Origin: Octopus vulgaris
Taxonomy: Eukaryota
Assembly: GCA_951406725.2 (NCBI GenBank)
Contig: OX597816.1
Location: forward strand, 17,298,001 to 17,362,000
Direction: 5' to 3'
Length of the DNA: 64,000 bases
The position numbers and the translations under genes were made by a program. Shown piece after piece: positions 1 to 11,695 of the stretch. Every line of letters begins with the position of its first letter. Position 1 is the first letter of the stretch. Below the pieces are notes generated by a model. It did not search any database. It saw nothing but the letters and a program-made list of their open reading frames with translations, and was not told the origin of the DNA.

Positions 1-218
1 ATCAATATATCAATTCATATAAAAGATGAAATATTTCATTTAAAATCAATACTCAAATCATATATTTCTCCAAATCAAATTCCTTTACCAATTGAATTAT
101 TAAACAAATTTACTGAACTACATCGTGTAGTACTATTCCATAATATAATTAAAGCACTTTGGATATTTTTCTTGTTTAATGGTCACAGTTGGATAGACAG
201 AAAGATCTATCTGTGTCA

Positions 219-633
219 GGGCAGCAAGCTGGCAGAAACGTTAGCACGCCGGGTGAAATGCTTAGCGGTATTTTGTCTGCCGCTACGTTCTGAGTTCAAA
301 TTCTGCCAAGGTCGACTTTGCCTTTCATCCTTTCGGGGTCGATAAATTAAGTACCAGTCACGCACTGGGGTCGATGTAATCGACTTAATACCTATGTCTG
401 TCCCTGTTTGTATCCTCTGTGTTTAGCCCCTTGTGGGTAATAAAGAAATAGGTATTTTGTCTGCCGCTACGTTCTGGGTTCAAATTCTGCCAAGGTCGAC
501 TTTGCCTTTCATCCTTTCGGGGTCGATCAATTAAGTACCAGTTACATACTGGGGTCGATATAATCGACTTAATCTCTTTTTCTGTCCTTGTTTGTCCCCT
601 CTATGTTTAACCCCTTTGGACAATAAAGAAATA
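219..633 (+). mobile_element. tRNA-derived SINE family A, dimer (one head + 2 x ~184-bp body)
   Basis: Head GGCAGCAAGCTGGCAGAAACGTTAGC, B-box-like GAGTTCAAATTC, core GCCTTTCATCCTTTCGGGGTCGATAAATTAAGTACCAG twice. Unit junction AAATAG|GTATTT at 451/452. Flanking direct repeat AGAAAGATCTATC(T/A)GTGT at 199-216 and 634-651. Confidence 0.9.
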
Positions 634-954
634 AGAAAGATCTATCAGTGTTTTACCCTGTAAGGTAGGATTCATGGCAGACGAACTGCAGACAGATACT
701 TCTCTGTGGGCTTGCTAGGAAGTTGGTCAGCAGGAAAGAAGAGGACTTCCAGGTGGAGAATGATAACAGAAGAATGTCAGCAGCATGTGTGAAATGAATC
801 TGAGGGAACTATACAAATATAACTGATGACTTAAGCCCTATTGTACCTAAAGTAATAAACCTTTAGTAAATGCATACTTATCTCCACTTGTTTGTTTATG
901 TATAACTTCACAAAGCTATAAGCCCATATTAAGAATATATGTATGTGTGTGTAT

Positions 955-1262
955 ATGTTTGTGGGAGTGGTTGTGTAGTAAGTAGCTTACCACAGTAAGA
1001 AACTGAAAGAAGCCTCTCATATATATGTATATATGTGTATGTGTGTGTATATGTTTGTGTGTCTGTGTTTGACCCCCAGCATTGCTTGACAACTGATGCT
1101 GGTGTGTTCACGTCCCCGTAACTTAGCAGTTCGGCAAAAGAGACCAATAGAATAAGAACTAGACTTACAAAAGAATAAGTCCTGAGGTTGATTTGCTCGA
1201 CTAAATATGGTGCTCCAACATGGCCGCAGTCAAATTACTGAAACAAATAAAAGAATAAAAGA
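955..1262 (+). mobile_element. SINE family B (internal AT/GT microsatellite), internally deleted copy
   Basis: GGAGTGGTTGTGTAGTAAGTAGCTT head and the ...CAGTCAAATTACTGAAACAAATAAAAGAATAAAA tail match the fuller copies at 59891 and 60852. Confidence 0.8.
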
Positions 1263-1881
1263 ATTCCTTAAAGGTAATACTTTCAGAAAAAGAGAGAGAG
1301 AGAGAGAGAGAGAGATGGCTGAGTTCATCACAGTTCAGCTAAAAAAAAAAAAAAGAGAAAACAGAATTAAAAGCATTGATTTAGAAACCTCAGCAATTTC
1401 TTGTATAACCACAAAATTGCAGGTTTATAGAAGAAAAGCAATGACACAGTTACACCTTTTTCAACTAAACATCAAAATAAAGTTATTGATATCATTTGCC
1501 ATCTTGTAATGCATTTTACACGTGCAATTGCTCTTCCGAACGTATATGATTCAAATTTCACTGTCATGTAGCAATAGATTGATGCCACATACATCATGTT
1601 TTCTTCTATTTGAACAGCGTATATCACTTAACTGAAACAGAGAATCTCCTTTTCCATCATATTTTATATCCGTAACATGTTGCTTTTATGCTATTTTTAT
1701 TGACTCCGCATTTACAATAAAATAGATTCCAGTAAAATATGATGTGCCATAAAACATGAAGGGTTTTTTTGAAGTACAATTCTTGGCTCCTTAGTTTATA
1801 GCAGAGAACGCATGAGAGAAAATCCCTAATCCTTGCATAGAAACCAATTTATCATGGGTAGCACTTTTACAGCAGGCAAAA

Positions 1882-2292
1882 TGGAGGCGCAAATGCCCAG
1901 TGGTTAGGGCAGCAGACTCGCGGTTGGAGGATGGCGGTTTCGATTCCCAGACTGGACGTTGTGTGTGTTTATTGAGTGAAAACACCTAAAGCTCCACGAG
2001 GCTCCGGCAGGGGGTGGTGGCAACCCCTGTTGTACTCTTTCGCCCCCAACTTTCACTCACTCTTTCTTCCTGTTTCTTGTCCCCGACTTCCTACGCAACC
2101 GTTGTGCCTGGATGCGCATTCATCCATCTGTCGATGCTCTCGGTGTCGGGGGTTGACCTGCTTTCTCTTCTGCGGGTCTTACAAATAGCAAAGGACCACG
2201 TTTCAGACTTCTCCCACTACAGACAATCCTGAGGCCCGATCTCTTCGGGGCTCTGGGATGAAGACCATTTCACTCAACAAACAAACAAACAA
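1882..2292 (+). mobile_element. tRNA-derived SINE family C (OR-like), (AAAC)n tail
   Basis: GGAGGCGCAAATGCCCAGTGGTTAGGGC A box and GGTTTCGATTCCC B box. Body shared with 6013 and 53017. Possible TSD CAGCAGGCAA at 1869-1878 and 2301-2310. Confidence 0.85.
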
Positions 2293-2734
2293 GCATCCAT
2301 CAGCAGGCAACAAATCTGATGGATGTAGAATTAACTCTAATGCTCACAAGCAGTGCAAAATTCTTTTTGTAGATTTGAACTCAAGACCTTTCAAAAATTA
2401 GAAGCAACTTAATTAACATACCTTCACCAGCACTTCTTTAATTGGATTATCTTGGTTACTTTATTACACACACTGTTCTGTCTAAGTTAGTTCTTTATTT
2501 GAAGAATCATTTGGTATCAATAGCACCAAAGTAGTCTTCCTGTGTAGGTGCTGGCATGGTTGTGTGGTTGGGAAGTCTGCTTTGCAACCTCAAGGTTTTC
2601 AGTTCAGTCCTACTGCTTGGCACCTTGGCAGTTTAGTCCTAGGCTGACCAAACTTTTGTGAGTTGATTTAGTGGACAGAAACTGAAAGAATCCCTTCATC
2701 ATCATCATGATTATCATCATTTCTTTTCGTTTGT

Positions 2735-3012
2735 ACTGTAAGCACAAGGCCCGAAATTTTTGGGGAGGGGGCCAGTCAATTAGATCAACCCCAGTACACA
2801 AATGGTACATATTTATTCACCACCAAAAGGATGAAAGGCAAAGTTGCCTCAGCGGGATTTGAACTCAGAATGTAAAGACAGATGAAATATCTATCTGTTT
2901 ACTACCCACAAGGGGCTAAACACAGAGGAGAAAAACAAGGACAAACAAATGGATCAAGTCGATTATATTGACCCCAGTGTGCAACAGTTACTTATTTAAT
3001 CGACCCCGAAAG
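2735..3012 (-). mobile_element. SINE family A chimeric dimer fragment (two tail types)
   Basis: Body with the TTGTGGGTAGTAAA tail is joined near 2890, at the usual junction, to a unit with the GGCCCCTCCCCAAAAATTTCGGGCCTTGTGC tail. Confidence 0.7.
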
Positions 3013-3182
3013 TATGTATTCTGAGCTGGCATGGGTTGGATGGTTTGACTGGAGCAGGTGATCCAGAAGAGTTGCACCAGGATTTAGTTTCTATTTTGGC
3101 ACAGTTTTTAAAGCTGGATGCCCTTCTTAACACCAACCATTTTACAGAACACACCAGGTGCTTTTAATATGGCACAATATGT

Positions 3183-3258
<76 letters not shown>

Positions 3259-3567
3259 ATATATATGTATGTACACTTGTGTGTGAATGTGAGTATGAGT
3301 GTTTCCTTGTGTTTCCTTGTCTTGGCATTGTGTGGGTTAGTTGTAAATGAGTGTCACTGTTAGATAAGCAGTGTCATTTGTTTCCATTATCCTACCAAAA
3401 CATGTCTGACCAAGTGAAAATATTATTTTGGTTGGAAGGTGGTAGGTGAGGGGTTGGCCACAAGATGAACATCTGGCTGCAGAAAAAAAAAAATCTTCCT
3501 CAATAAACTACGTCTGACCCGAGCTGATGCTTAAAGTGACGACGACGAGGAGAAGTATTACGATGCC

Positions 3568-3775
<208 letters not shown>

Positions 3776-5362
3776 TATTTTTTCCCAATTTGTCCAGCTA
3801 CAACATTAACAAGAACGACATTCATAAAGAAGATAAAGGGTCAGCCTGAATGTCTTTAGTTGATTTATTTCAGTATCTGATGGTATTTTGTCGAAATTCC
3901 ACTTGAGACAGACTTTTTCCTGAGCTGATGCGGAATTAATCAGGAAACATAAATAAATTGATGTTGCTGCTTCAATCAGAAAATACAACCAATATATTTC
4001 TTTTATCAATTCAATAACGATGAACATTTAAGTAGTTCTTGACAGAATTCAAATTCAAAACCTCACATTAGTTAAATGTTTTTTTCTTTTTCTTCTTGTT
4101 TTTTTTTTTTTTGTTTTTTTTCCTAAATGAGATGAAGAACAATAAAATACCATGACTCCTGCTTATGCAAGGAAGTATTTATTTGATTGACCCTGATTAA
4201 TAATATTAAGATATAAGAATAAAACGAAAGCAAAAAAAAAAATGAACCCTTAACGATATTTGAACACTGAATGTTATTTAGATTAATATGCCGAAATTAA
4301 AGCATCGTATATTATTCAATACTTGTTATAGCTCTTGGTTTTGTCGACGCTGTTTAATATACTGACTCATAGTAATGTTGATATTCTAAATTATCGCATA
4401 AATCAGCCAAGTGAAAACTGCAAATGTAATATAAAATGCTTGCATTCATTAAATTTGTAGTTGAGAAATATTACTGCGAACATACACAATTGCGAAATGT
4501 TTTGAAAGAGGAGAGAAGTGTGATGTACGGTAAATATTGTGATATAGTTCTGAATCGTTTGTAGCCAACGTTTTGATATTTAACATTTGCAGTTTTTCAC
4601 CGGAACATACTTGTTATATTTATATCTGTATTTATTTTTACTTGCTTTGTTGGCCGCAACGTCTTCTTAGTATTTATTTTGATGGTGATAGCAATTACGT
4701 AGCATGGAACGGTTGAAACAACCAAGAAGAAATTTAGCAAAAACAGTAAGAAGAAGAGTAAGAGGAATAGCAACAGTTACAATGTTGTGACAGGGAAGGG
4801 AAGAACGGAATGTGAAAGCGAAAGTGAAACAAAGATAAATGCATAATATATACATAGAGTTTACTGTTCTGAGTCAGTTGTTGCTAACTAGTTCATGTTC
4901 AATACATTTAATTGAATGCCTTCAAAAGAAACAATAAAAACTTGGCTTTTCTGCTATGATATTCTATATATTCAAGAAGAGGAAATCTACACTAGATGCT
5001 TAGTTGCTTTATGTATACAGAATTTCAAACTAGAAATATGTCAATAACAATGACCAGATACAACATTATTATTGCAGAATATTAAAGGAATATATTTTGG
5101 ATATTTTTATTTTTGTTTTGCATGAGAAATTAAGTCGCCTAAAAGCAGGAATATTATTTATCAAATTGCCCGTTATTCTTTTGAGTGTGTTTTATCGACA
5201 CGAACAATGCCAGCAATAACAACAACGGCAATGATAATAAAAATAATAACGATTTCTTGTATTTGCCAAAGGGACGAGGCATTAAGACAACATTACAAGG
5301 TGATGGAAGGGAATTGTGGTTCGTTTGAAAGCAATCGTGAAAGACAATAAATAAATAGATAA

Positions 5363-5665
5363 ATCATCATCATCATCATCATTGTCATCATCATCATTGT
5401 CATCATCATCATCGTCATCATTGTCATCATTATTGTCACCCCCACCACCACCGTCGTCGTCGTTGTCATCATCATCATCATCATTTAACATCTGTTTACC
5501 ATGCTGGCATGGGTTGAATGGTTTGATGGGAGTTAGCAAGGGCATGGGCCACATCAAGGTTCCATAGTCTGCTTTTGGCTTTGTTTCTACAATTGGTTGC
5601 CCTTCCTAATGCCAACCACCTTATAAAGTGCACTACTGAGTGCCTTCTACATGGCACCAACACCA
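5363..5665 (-). mobile_element. RTE-LINE 3' end with expanded (GAT)n tail
   Basis: (CAT)n followed by TTTAACATCTGTTTACCATGCTGGCATGGGTTG, the same terminus as the RTE at 32510-33530. Confidence 0.75.
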
Positions 5666-5908
5666 ATAATTAAGCATTGAAATAGCTTCAAGGAGGGACA
5701 GGCACCGAATCTTTACTTTGACTGCTCTGTATTATCTATCATCTTTTATCTTTTACTCATTTTGGTCATTGGACTGTGGCCATGCTGGGGCACCACCTGG
5801 AAGGGTTTTAGTCAAACAAATCAACACCAGCTATCAAGTGGTGTGAGGGACAAAAACTCTTACACACATACATATATGCATACATACATACATACATACA
5901 TACATACA

Positions 5909-5985
<77 letters not shown>

Positions 5986-6012
5986 ATATATATATATGCA
6001 CTAATATATACA

Positions 6013-6320
6013 GTGGAGGCACATGGCCTAGTGGTTAGAGCAGTGGACTCATTAGTAGAGGGGTCGTGGGTTCGAATCTCAGACTGGGCAATGTGTGTGT
6101 GTTTATGAGCAAAACACCTAAGCTCCACGCAGCTCTGGCAGAAGGTAATGGTGAATTTCTACTGACTCTTTTGCCACAACTTTCTCTCACTCTTTCCTCC
6201 TGCATCTTGCAGCTCACATGTGACAGGCTGGTGTCCCATCCAGATGGGGAACCTATATGCCAAGGGAACCAGGAAACCGGCCCTAATGAGCCAGGCATGG
6301 CTTGAGAAGGAACAAACAAC
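6013..6320 (+). mobile_element. SINE family C-related copy with alternative tail
   Basis: GGAGGCACATGGCCTAGTGGTTAGAGC head and GGTTCGAATCTC B box. Tail GGCTGGTGTCCCATCCAG...GGAAACCGGCCC is shared with the copy at 59520. Confidence 0.85.
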
Positions 6321-6663
6321 ATGTATATACAAGGTTGGCCAAAAGTCACCTGACAGTAAATCAAAACCATTTAACTCCAAGATTTATATTTAACAACTGA
6401 ATGAGACTGCACTAATAAATGGACAAGGAAAAAAAACTGATTTTTAACTCACAGCATTCAATTATTAAACATTTGTAATTGGAATGAATAAATAAAATTG
6501 ATTAAGTATTTATGGAATTTTGATTTACTGTCCTGGTGACTCTTGGCCAAACTTATAAGTACATAAATATATATTGTTGTATTTTGAGACAGTCATTTTT
6601 TTTTTGCCAAAGAAACACATGCACTATATATTTCTTCTTCACTTGTTTATTACTGTCCATATT

Positions 6664-6794
6664 TCATTGTCTTAACTCATGTCCATTGTCTGGAAATCCT
6701 TCATCAGACATCTGTGAACTCTTCAGTGACACTTCATTTTTGTGTCTGTTCTTGTTCCGGTGTGCGTGTTTATTTGACCAAAAAAATTGCCATC
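6664..6794 (-). CDS. Candidate terminal coding exon of an unidentified gene: (G)WQFFWSNKHAHRNKNRHKNEVSLKSSQMSDEGFPDNGHELRQ*
   Basis: Non-repetitive sequence. Minus-strand acceptor TTCTTATATTTCAG| at 6795, 42 open codons ending in TGA, AATAAA shortly downstream. No homology recognised and no partner exon established. Confidence 0.3.
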
Positions 6795-6814
6795 CTGAAA
6801 TATAAGAATATCAG

Positions 6815-7047
6815 TTTCAACTCACGATTTCAATTCACGAATCTTGCTCCATGATAAATCGTTAGCCACTACACACATTTTTTTCTCTCCCTGTTTCTAT
6901 CCTTGTTTTTTTCTGTGTCCCTTTCTGTAGAAGAGCGTAGGCTCGAAATGTAAAAGACTTTTTCTATTCCTGAGCATTATACTAATACATCTGTTTGTTT
7001 TGTACACCACCTGTCTTCATCTTTTGTTTTTTTCATAAACTCTCCCT
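6815..7047 (+). mobile_element. Penelope-like element terminus with variant minimal hammerhead motif, ending in (TA)n
   Basis: CTTT-CTGTAGA-A-GAGC-GTAG-GCTC-GAAA-TG-TA-AAAG at about 6921-6957. A related copy lies at 54060-54262 on the minus strand. Confidence 0.6.
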
Positions 7048-7201
7048 ATATATATATATATATATATATTGGCCTGCTCGCTTAGCCAGCGGGGTGGCGT
7101 CATTTGAAGGCTAAAACAATGCGAAGCGCATTGTGACCAGCGATGTGTAGCAACATCTGATAGCCTGGTCGGTCACGGTGACAGTTACGGTGATATATAT
7201 A

Positions 7202-7682
7202 TCTATATATATAAAACTGTAGTTGTGTGAGTGTCTGTCCCCTTCGGTGCAGTTTAACCAAATTCGGGTATCTTATAGTTGTGATTCATATCGAGCCCGT
7301 CTGAGTATTAGCGCGCGTCTACGATGAGTCTACGATTTTAAAAATAATTTAACATCATTTTTTATTCCATTTTAATGCATAATTTTTCGTGTGTCGATGG
7401 CGGCGGAGTTGGCGTCCATGGTCACACCTGCACCTGTTTGCTTCTCCCCCTTCTTCCCTCCCTCGTGAAGCTGTGGGGAAGGGAGTGTAAGGAAATCAAC
7501 GTCGTAAAGCGTTGTGAAGGAGACCAGCGTTCTTTTAGAACAACGACTTCATGGCTTGAAGACACCAAAACAGAAATGGCTAAGAAAGCCCAAATTGGCA
7601 TCTATAAGGGAAGTAACTCTCTAAAAATGCTTATATAGTTATTTCCCTTACAAACCCGAGCAACGCCGGGCGATACTGCTAG
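7202..7682 (+). mobile_element. Non-autonomous Helitron
   Basis: Starts TC (TCTATATATATAAAA) after A7201, ends CTAG before T7683, subterminal hairpin CCCG-AGCAACGC-CGGG at 7655-7670. No TSD. Confidence 0.85.
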
Positions 7683-7696
7683 TATATATATATATA

Positions 7697-7997
7697 TCAT
7701 CATCATCATCATCGTTTAACGTCCGCTTTCCATGCTAGCATGGGTTGGACGGTTCAACTGGGGTCTGGCAAGCCCGAAGGCTGCACCAGGCCAGTCAGAT
7801 CTGGCAGTGTTTCTACAGCTGGATGCCCTTCCTAACGCCAACTCCATATATATATATATATATATATATCATCATCATCATCATCACCATCGTTTAACGT
7901 CCGTTTTCCATGCTAGCATGGGTTGGATTGTTCGACCAGGGTCTAGGAAGCCAGGAGGCTGCACCAAGCTCCAGTTCTGATCAGGCAGTGTTTCTAC
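7697..7997 (-). mobile_element. Two tandem 5'-truncated RTE 3' ends separated by (TA)n
   Basis: (CAT)n-CGTTTAACGTCCG..CCATGCTAGCATGGGTTGG occurs at about 7697 and 7870. Confidence 0.85.
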
Positions 7998-8542
7998 AGA
8001 GATATCAGAGTGGACATGAGAGCAAAGCAAGCCCAAAACCTGCTCTGGTGGGGACAGTTAGCTTTTTTGAGATTGGTACCTGGATTTTGAATGTCTTTCA
8101 CAATAATTAACAACCAAGTATCAAAGCTTATGATGTATGAAAAGAGACCTCGTGAGACCTCTGACAGCAGGTTGCTGTCTGCTCTCACAGAATCAACCAA
8201 AGCAAACAAGTGTGAGAACTCTGAGAAGTAAAACAATAATATTCAAATATAATAAATGATTGTGTCCCTGTTGGTCATGTATGCTGTAGGGGAAAGAAAG
8301 GTAAACCAATGGATGAAGTGGGAGTGAGTGGCAGTGAGTGGTAGTCAGAGGTAACTAACTGCAGGTGAACTGTAGTGAGCTCTGAATTCACCAGTATTTT
8401 AATGAAAATGAAATTAGATCTTTATTGTAAATTATATTTATCCATTTCACAGACATACTTGCTCACACACAACACACACATACACACACACACACACACA
8501 CATATATACACGCACACAAACACACACATACACAAACACACA

Positions 8543-8596
<54 letters not shown>

Positions 8597-8639
8597 GACA
8601 TAGATACACACACAAATGCATATGTATGCCCATTTATAG

Positions 8640-9024
8640 ATGTTTTTCTCAGTTCTGCTGATTGTGGGTCTCCCAGAATGTTTGTCAATATCGACATTTT
8701 TTGGCCATCTTCGAAATGTCTGAACCACTCATATGCTTGTGTGCAGCTCATACACACCTCTCCATACACTTTCTGTGACTTTGCATAGGCTTCTGAGCTG
8801 GCATCACCATGACAACTTTCCCTTTCATTGTTAATGCAACAATCACATGTTACACACCTTCCTTCCAAGCACTGCTGTAAACAGCAGATATGAACTAGGA
8901 TGTTAAAACTTAGTGCACATGCACATCAGAAGTTAAGGCCAATTTTTGCCAAGGAGTTTCACTCTGTGTGCTTTAGCCTTGTTACTATGGCAACAGTATT
9001 GATACTTATTGACCAGATCTCGTA
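8640..9024 (-). mobile_element. Mariner transposon relic (5' TIR + frameshifted N-terminal HTH)
   Basis: Translation EAYAKSQKVYGEVCMSCTQAYEWFRHFEDG / VDIDKHSGRPTISRTE matches the mariner HTH-GRP motif. Terminus TACGAGATCTGGTCAATAAGTATC at about 9001-9024. Confidence 0.75.
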
Positions 9025-9619
9025 TTCTTGCACTTATAAGCATAAGGCATAAATTTCATGGGAGGAGGCTTATTGATTATATCAGCCTCATTGCTTGACT
9101 GGTACTTACACTTACTTTATCGACCTCCAAAAGGGTGAGAGTCAAAGTCGATCTCAACAGAACTTGAACTCAGAACATAAAACCAGATGAAATACTGCTA
9201 AGCATTTTTTCTGGCACGATAACGATTCTGCCAGCTCAGTGTCCTTAACATGAGATGTGTGTGTGTGTGTGTGTGCTCTCACGTGTGTGTGTGTTCCCAC
9301 GTGTGTGTGTGTGTATGTGTGTGCTTGTGTTCATCGTCCCCAGCACTGCTTTAGAAATGGTGCTGGTTTGTTTACATCCTCATAACTTATCAGGTAGGGG
9401 GATAAAAAACAAAAAGAATGGAGTATTTTGGTTTATTTGGCCAACTACAACACTTCAAGGTTGTGTCCCATGCTCCAGCATAGCCACAGTCCAGTGACTG
9501 AAACAAATAAAGATAGAATCTAATTTTATTAGATGCAACTTCAACTTTCATCTCTCTGGAAATGGTAAAATAAAACCTACAAAGAGGGATGATAAATATC
9601 ATTCTATATATTAAACAGT

Positions 9620-9960
9620 GTGAAGGCGCATGGCTCAGTGGTTAGAGCGTCAAGCTTATGATTGTGAGGTTGTGAGTTTGAATCCTGGACCGGGCTGAGT
9701 GTTGTATTCTTGAGCAAGACACTTTAGTTCATGTTGCCCCAGTTCACTCAGCTGTAGAAATGAGTTGCGACATCACAGATGCCAAGCTGTATCGGCCCCA
9801 TTTGCCTTTCCCTTGGATAACACTGGTGGTGTGGAGAGGGGAAGCTGATATGCATGGGTGACTGCTGGTCTTCCATAAACTACCTTGCCCGGACTTGTGC
9901 CTTGGAGGGTAACTTTCTAGGTGCAATCCTATGGTCTGTGTAGTGACTGAAGGGGGTCTC
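9620..9960 (+). mobile_element. tRNA-derived SINE family D
   Basis: GAAGGCGCATGGCTCAGTGGTTAGAGC head, TTCTTGAGCAAGACACTTT central domain, GACTGAAGGGGGTCTC end. Inverse copy at 51008-51325. Confidence 0.85.
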
Positions 9961-10239
9961 AGAATATATTAAACTGTTGGAACATTGTTTCTACATTCAT
10001 GAATCCTGTTTGTGCTGGGCATTTGATCAAGCTGTGGGAGTTTGGGAGCATTTCTCCTCTTATTTTTTATAACTTACATAGAGGGAAAAGAGCAGTCATT
10101 TGAAGCTGATTTTATTTTTCTGTCAGGAGAGAAGGCAACAGCAGTGACTCCTTACAGAACCTTAGAGATTGGTGGGAAGGAGGGAGGAAGGTATCTTTAA
10201 ATCTGAGATCTGGTCCGAATATTTGCAGCTGAGTGGACT

Positions 10240-10610
10240 TTGTTAACACTAATGTAAAAGCGGTGTTATTGTATGGGGCTGAGACATGGCGAACAACAGT
10301 TAAGTCAAATAAGCAAATACAATCATTCATCAACAGATGCTTGCGTAGTATACTTAAAATTAGATGGCCCGAACACATAAGCGATATGGAGCTATGGCAA
10401 AGAACAAATGAAGTTTTGATTAGGGAGCAAATATTTAAGAAAAAGTGGAAGTGGATTGGTAGCACAATTAGAAAAGACACACCAAATGTAGCGAAAAGTG
10501 CTTTACAGTGGAAACTGGATGGATCTAGAAGGAGAGGTAGGCCTTAGAACTCGTGGCAGAGATCAACACAGACCATGGGAAAAGTTGAAAGAGTTTGTGA
10601 CATCCAGAGG
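10240..10610 (+). pseudogene. RTE-clade LINE ORF C-terminal fragment
   Basis: NTNVKAVLLYGAETW...FINRCLRSILKIRWPEHIS...KWKWIGSTIRK...ALQWKLDGSRRRGRP is a typical RTE post-RT region. Confidence 0.85.
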
Positions 10611-10677
10611 CCTGGAATGAGAAGTGATATATCAATTTACTGAGTCATCCATATCCTGATATTGTGGGCTTCACACC

Positions 10678-10908
10678 TATTTCTTTACTACCCACAAGGG
10701 GCTAAACACAGAGAGGACAAACAAGGACAGACAAATGGATTAAGTCAATTATATCGACCCCAGTGCATAACTGGTACTTATTTAATCGACCCCGAAAGGA
10801 TGAAAGGCAAAGTCGACCTCAGCAGAATTTGAACTCAGAATGTAATGGCAGCCGAAATACCGCTGACCATTCTAACAGGCGTGCTAATGATTCTGCCAGC
10901 TTGCCGCC
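10678..10908 (-). mobile_element. SINE family A monomer
   Basis: One body plus a partly deleted head. TSD CTTCACAC on both sides. Confidence 0.85.
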
Positions 10909-11695
10909 TTCACACTTGTCCTCATACTGAAGACCAAGTCCAAATCCTTTCTATAAAATGGATTTTACTAAAAACATCCAAAAACCTGATGATTACCCAA
11001 CCTGATTCCATATATTTACTTTCTCTCATAAGACTTGCATCATTCTGAGACTAGGCTAGAAGACAACTTGCCTAAGGGACTATGCAGCAGTTTTGAACTC
11101 ACAACAGCATCATGGTGAGGCCTACATTTTAACCGAATACCAATGTCTGCATCCATCTCCTCTGTAAACTATTATAGAATTCTTCGATTAGACAGTGTCC
11201 CCCTCTAATATATCTCATGATAAATATTCTTGATTAGATTGTCTAAGCCATTAAGAATAAATTGTCTTTTTCCAGAGACACTACACAGCCACAATGATGG
11301 AATAGGACCTGTTGACTTTTCAGCTGTTAGGCTGTATCATATCAATTTAACCAGCTGCTTCTCTTACCAATAATATTGATTCAATAAATAATATCCTCTA
11401 TCCTACATAAATTCACTTTGTACTTACTTGAAAGGAATAACATTATCAATAATTGCTGTTGTTGTTGTTATTGTAGTTGTTCTTCTTGTTGTTTTTCTTG
11501 ATATACTCGGTCATTAGAGCGATGGATGGCAGAATAGTTACAGAATTTTGGGTAGTAAATGGTATGGCCATCTTGCTCCCGCATTCCACATTGCCTGGTC
11601 TAACACCATTATCATGTTGTAAAAAATATCGACACCTCCGCAGACCAGGGGCAGTGAAACCAGGCCTCCAGCCTGCGGGTATGTTAATATCTACT

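Noticed and set aside
1882-1955. tRNA genes (also 6013, 9620, 53017, 59690)
   Set aside because: tRNA-like heads run directly into SINE bodies and lack proper acceptor stems.
4703-4846. Lys/Ser-rich open frame HGTVETTKKKFSKNSKKKSKRNS...
   Set aside because: Purine-rich low complexity, no good splice acceptor and no recognisable homology.
6325-6360. Tc1/mariner TIR-like TACAAGGTTGGCCAAAAGTC (also a hAT-like end near 36390-36421)
   Set aside because: No partner terminus was found in the window.
7994-8236. 80-aa minus-strand ORF, possibly a LINE endonuclease relic or an exon
   Set aside because: No diagnostic motif could be matched with confidence.
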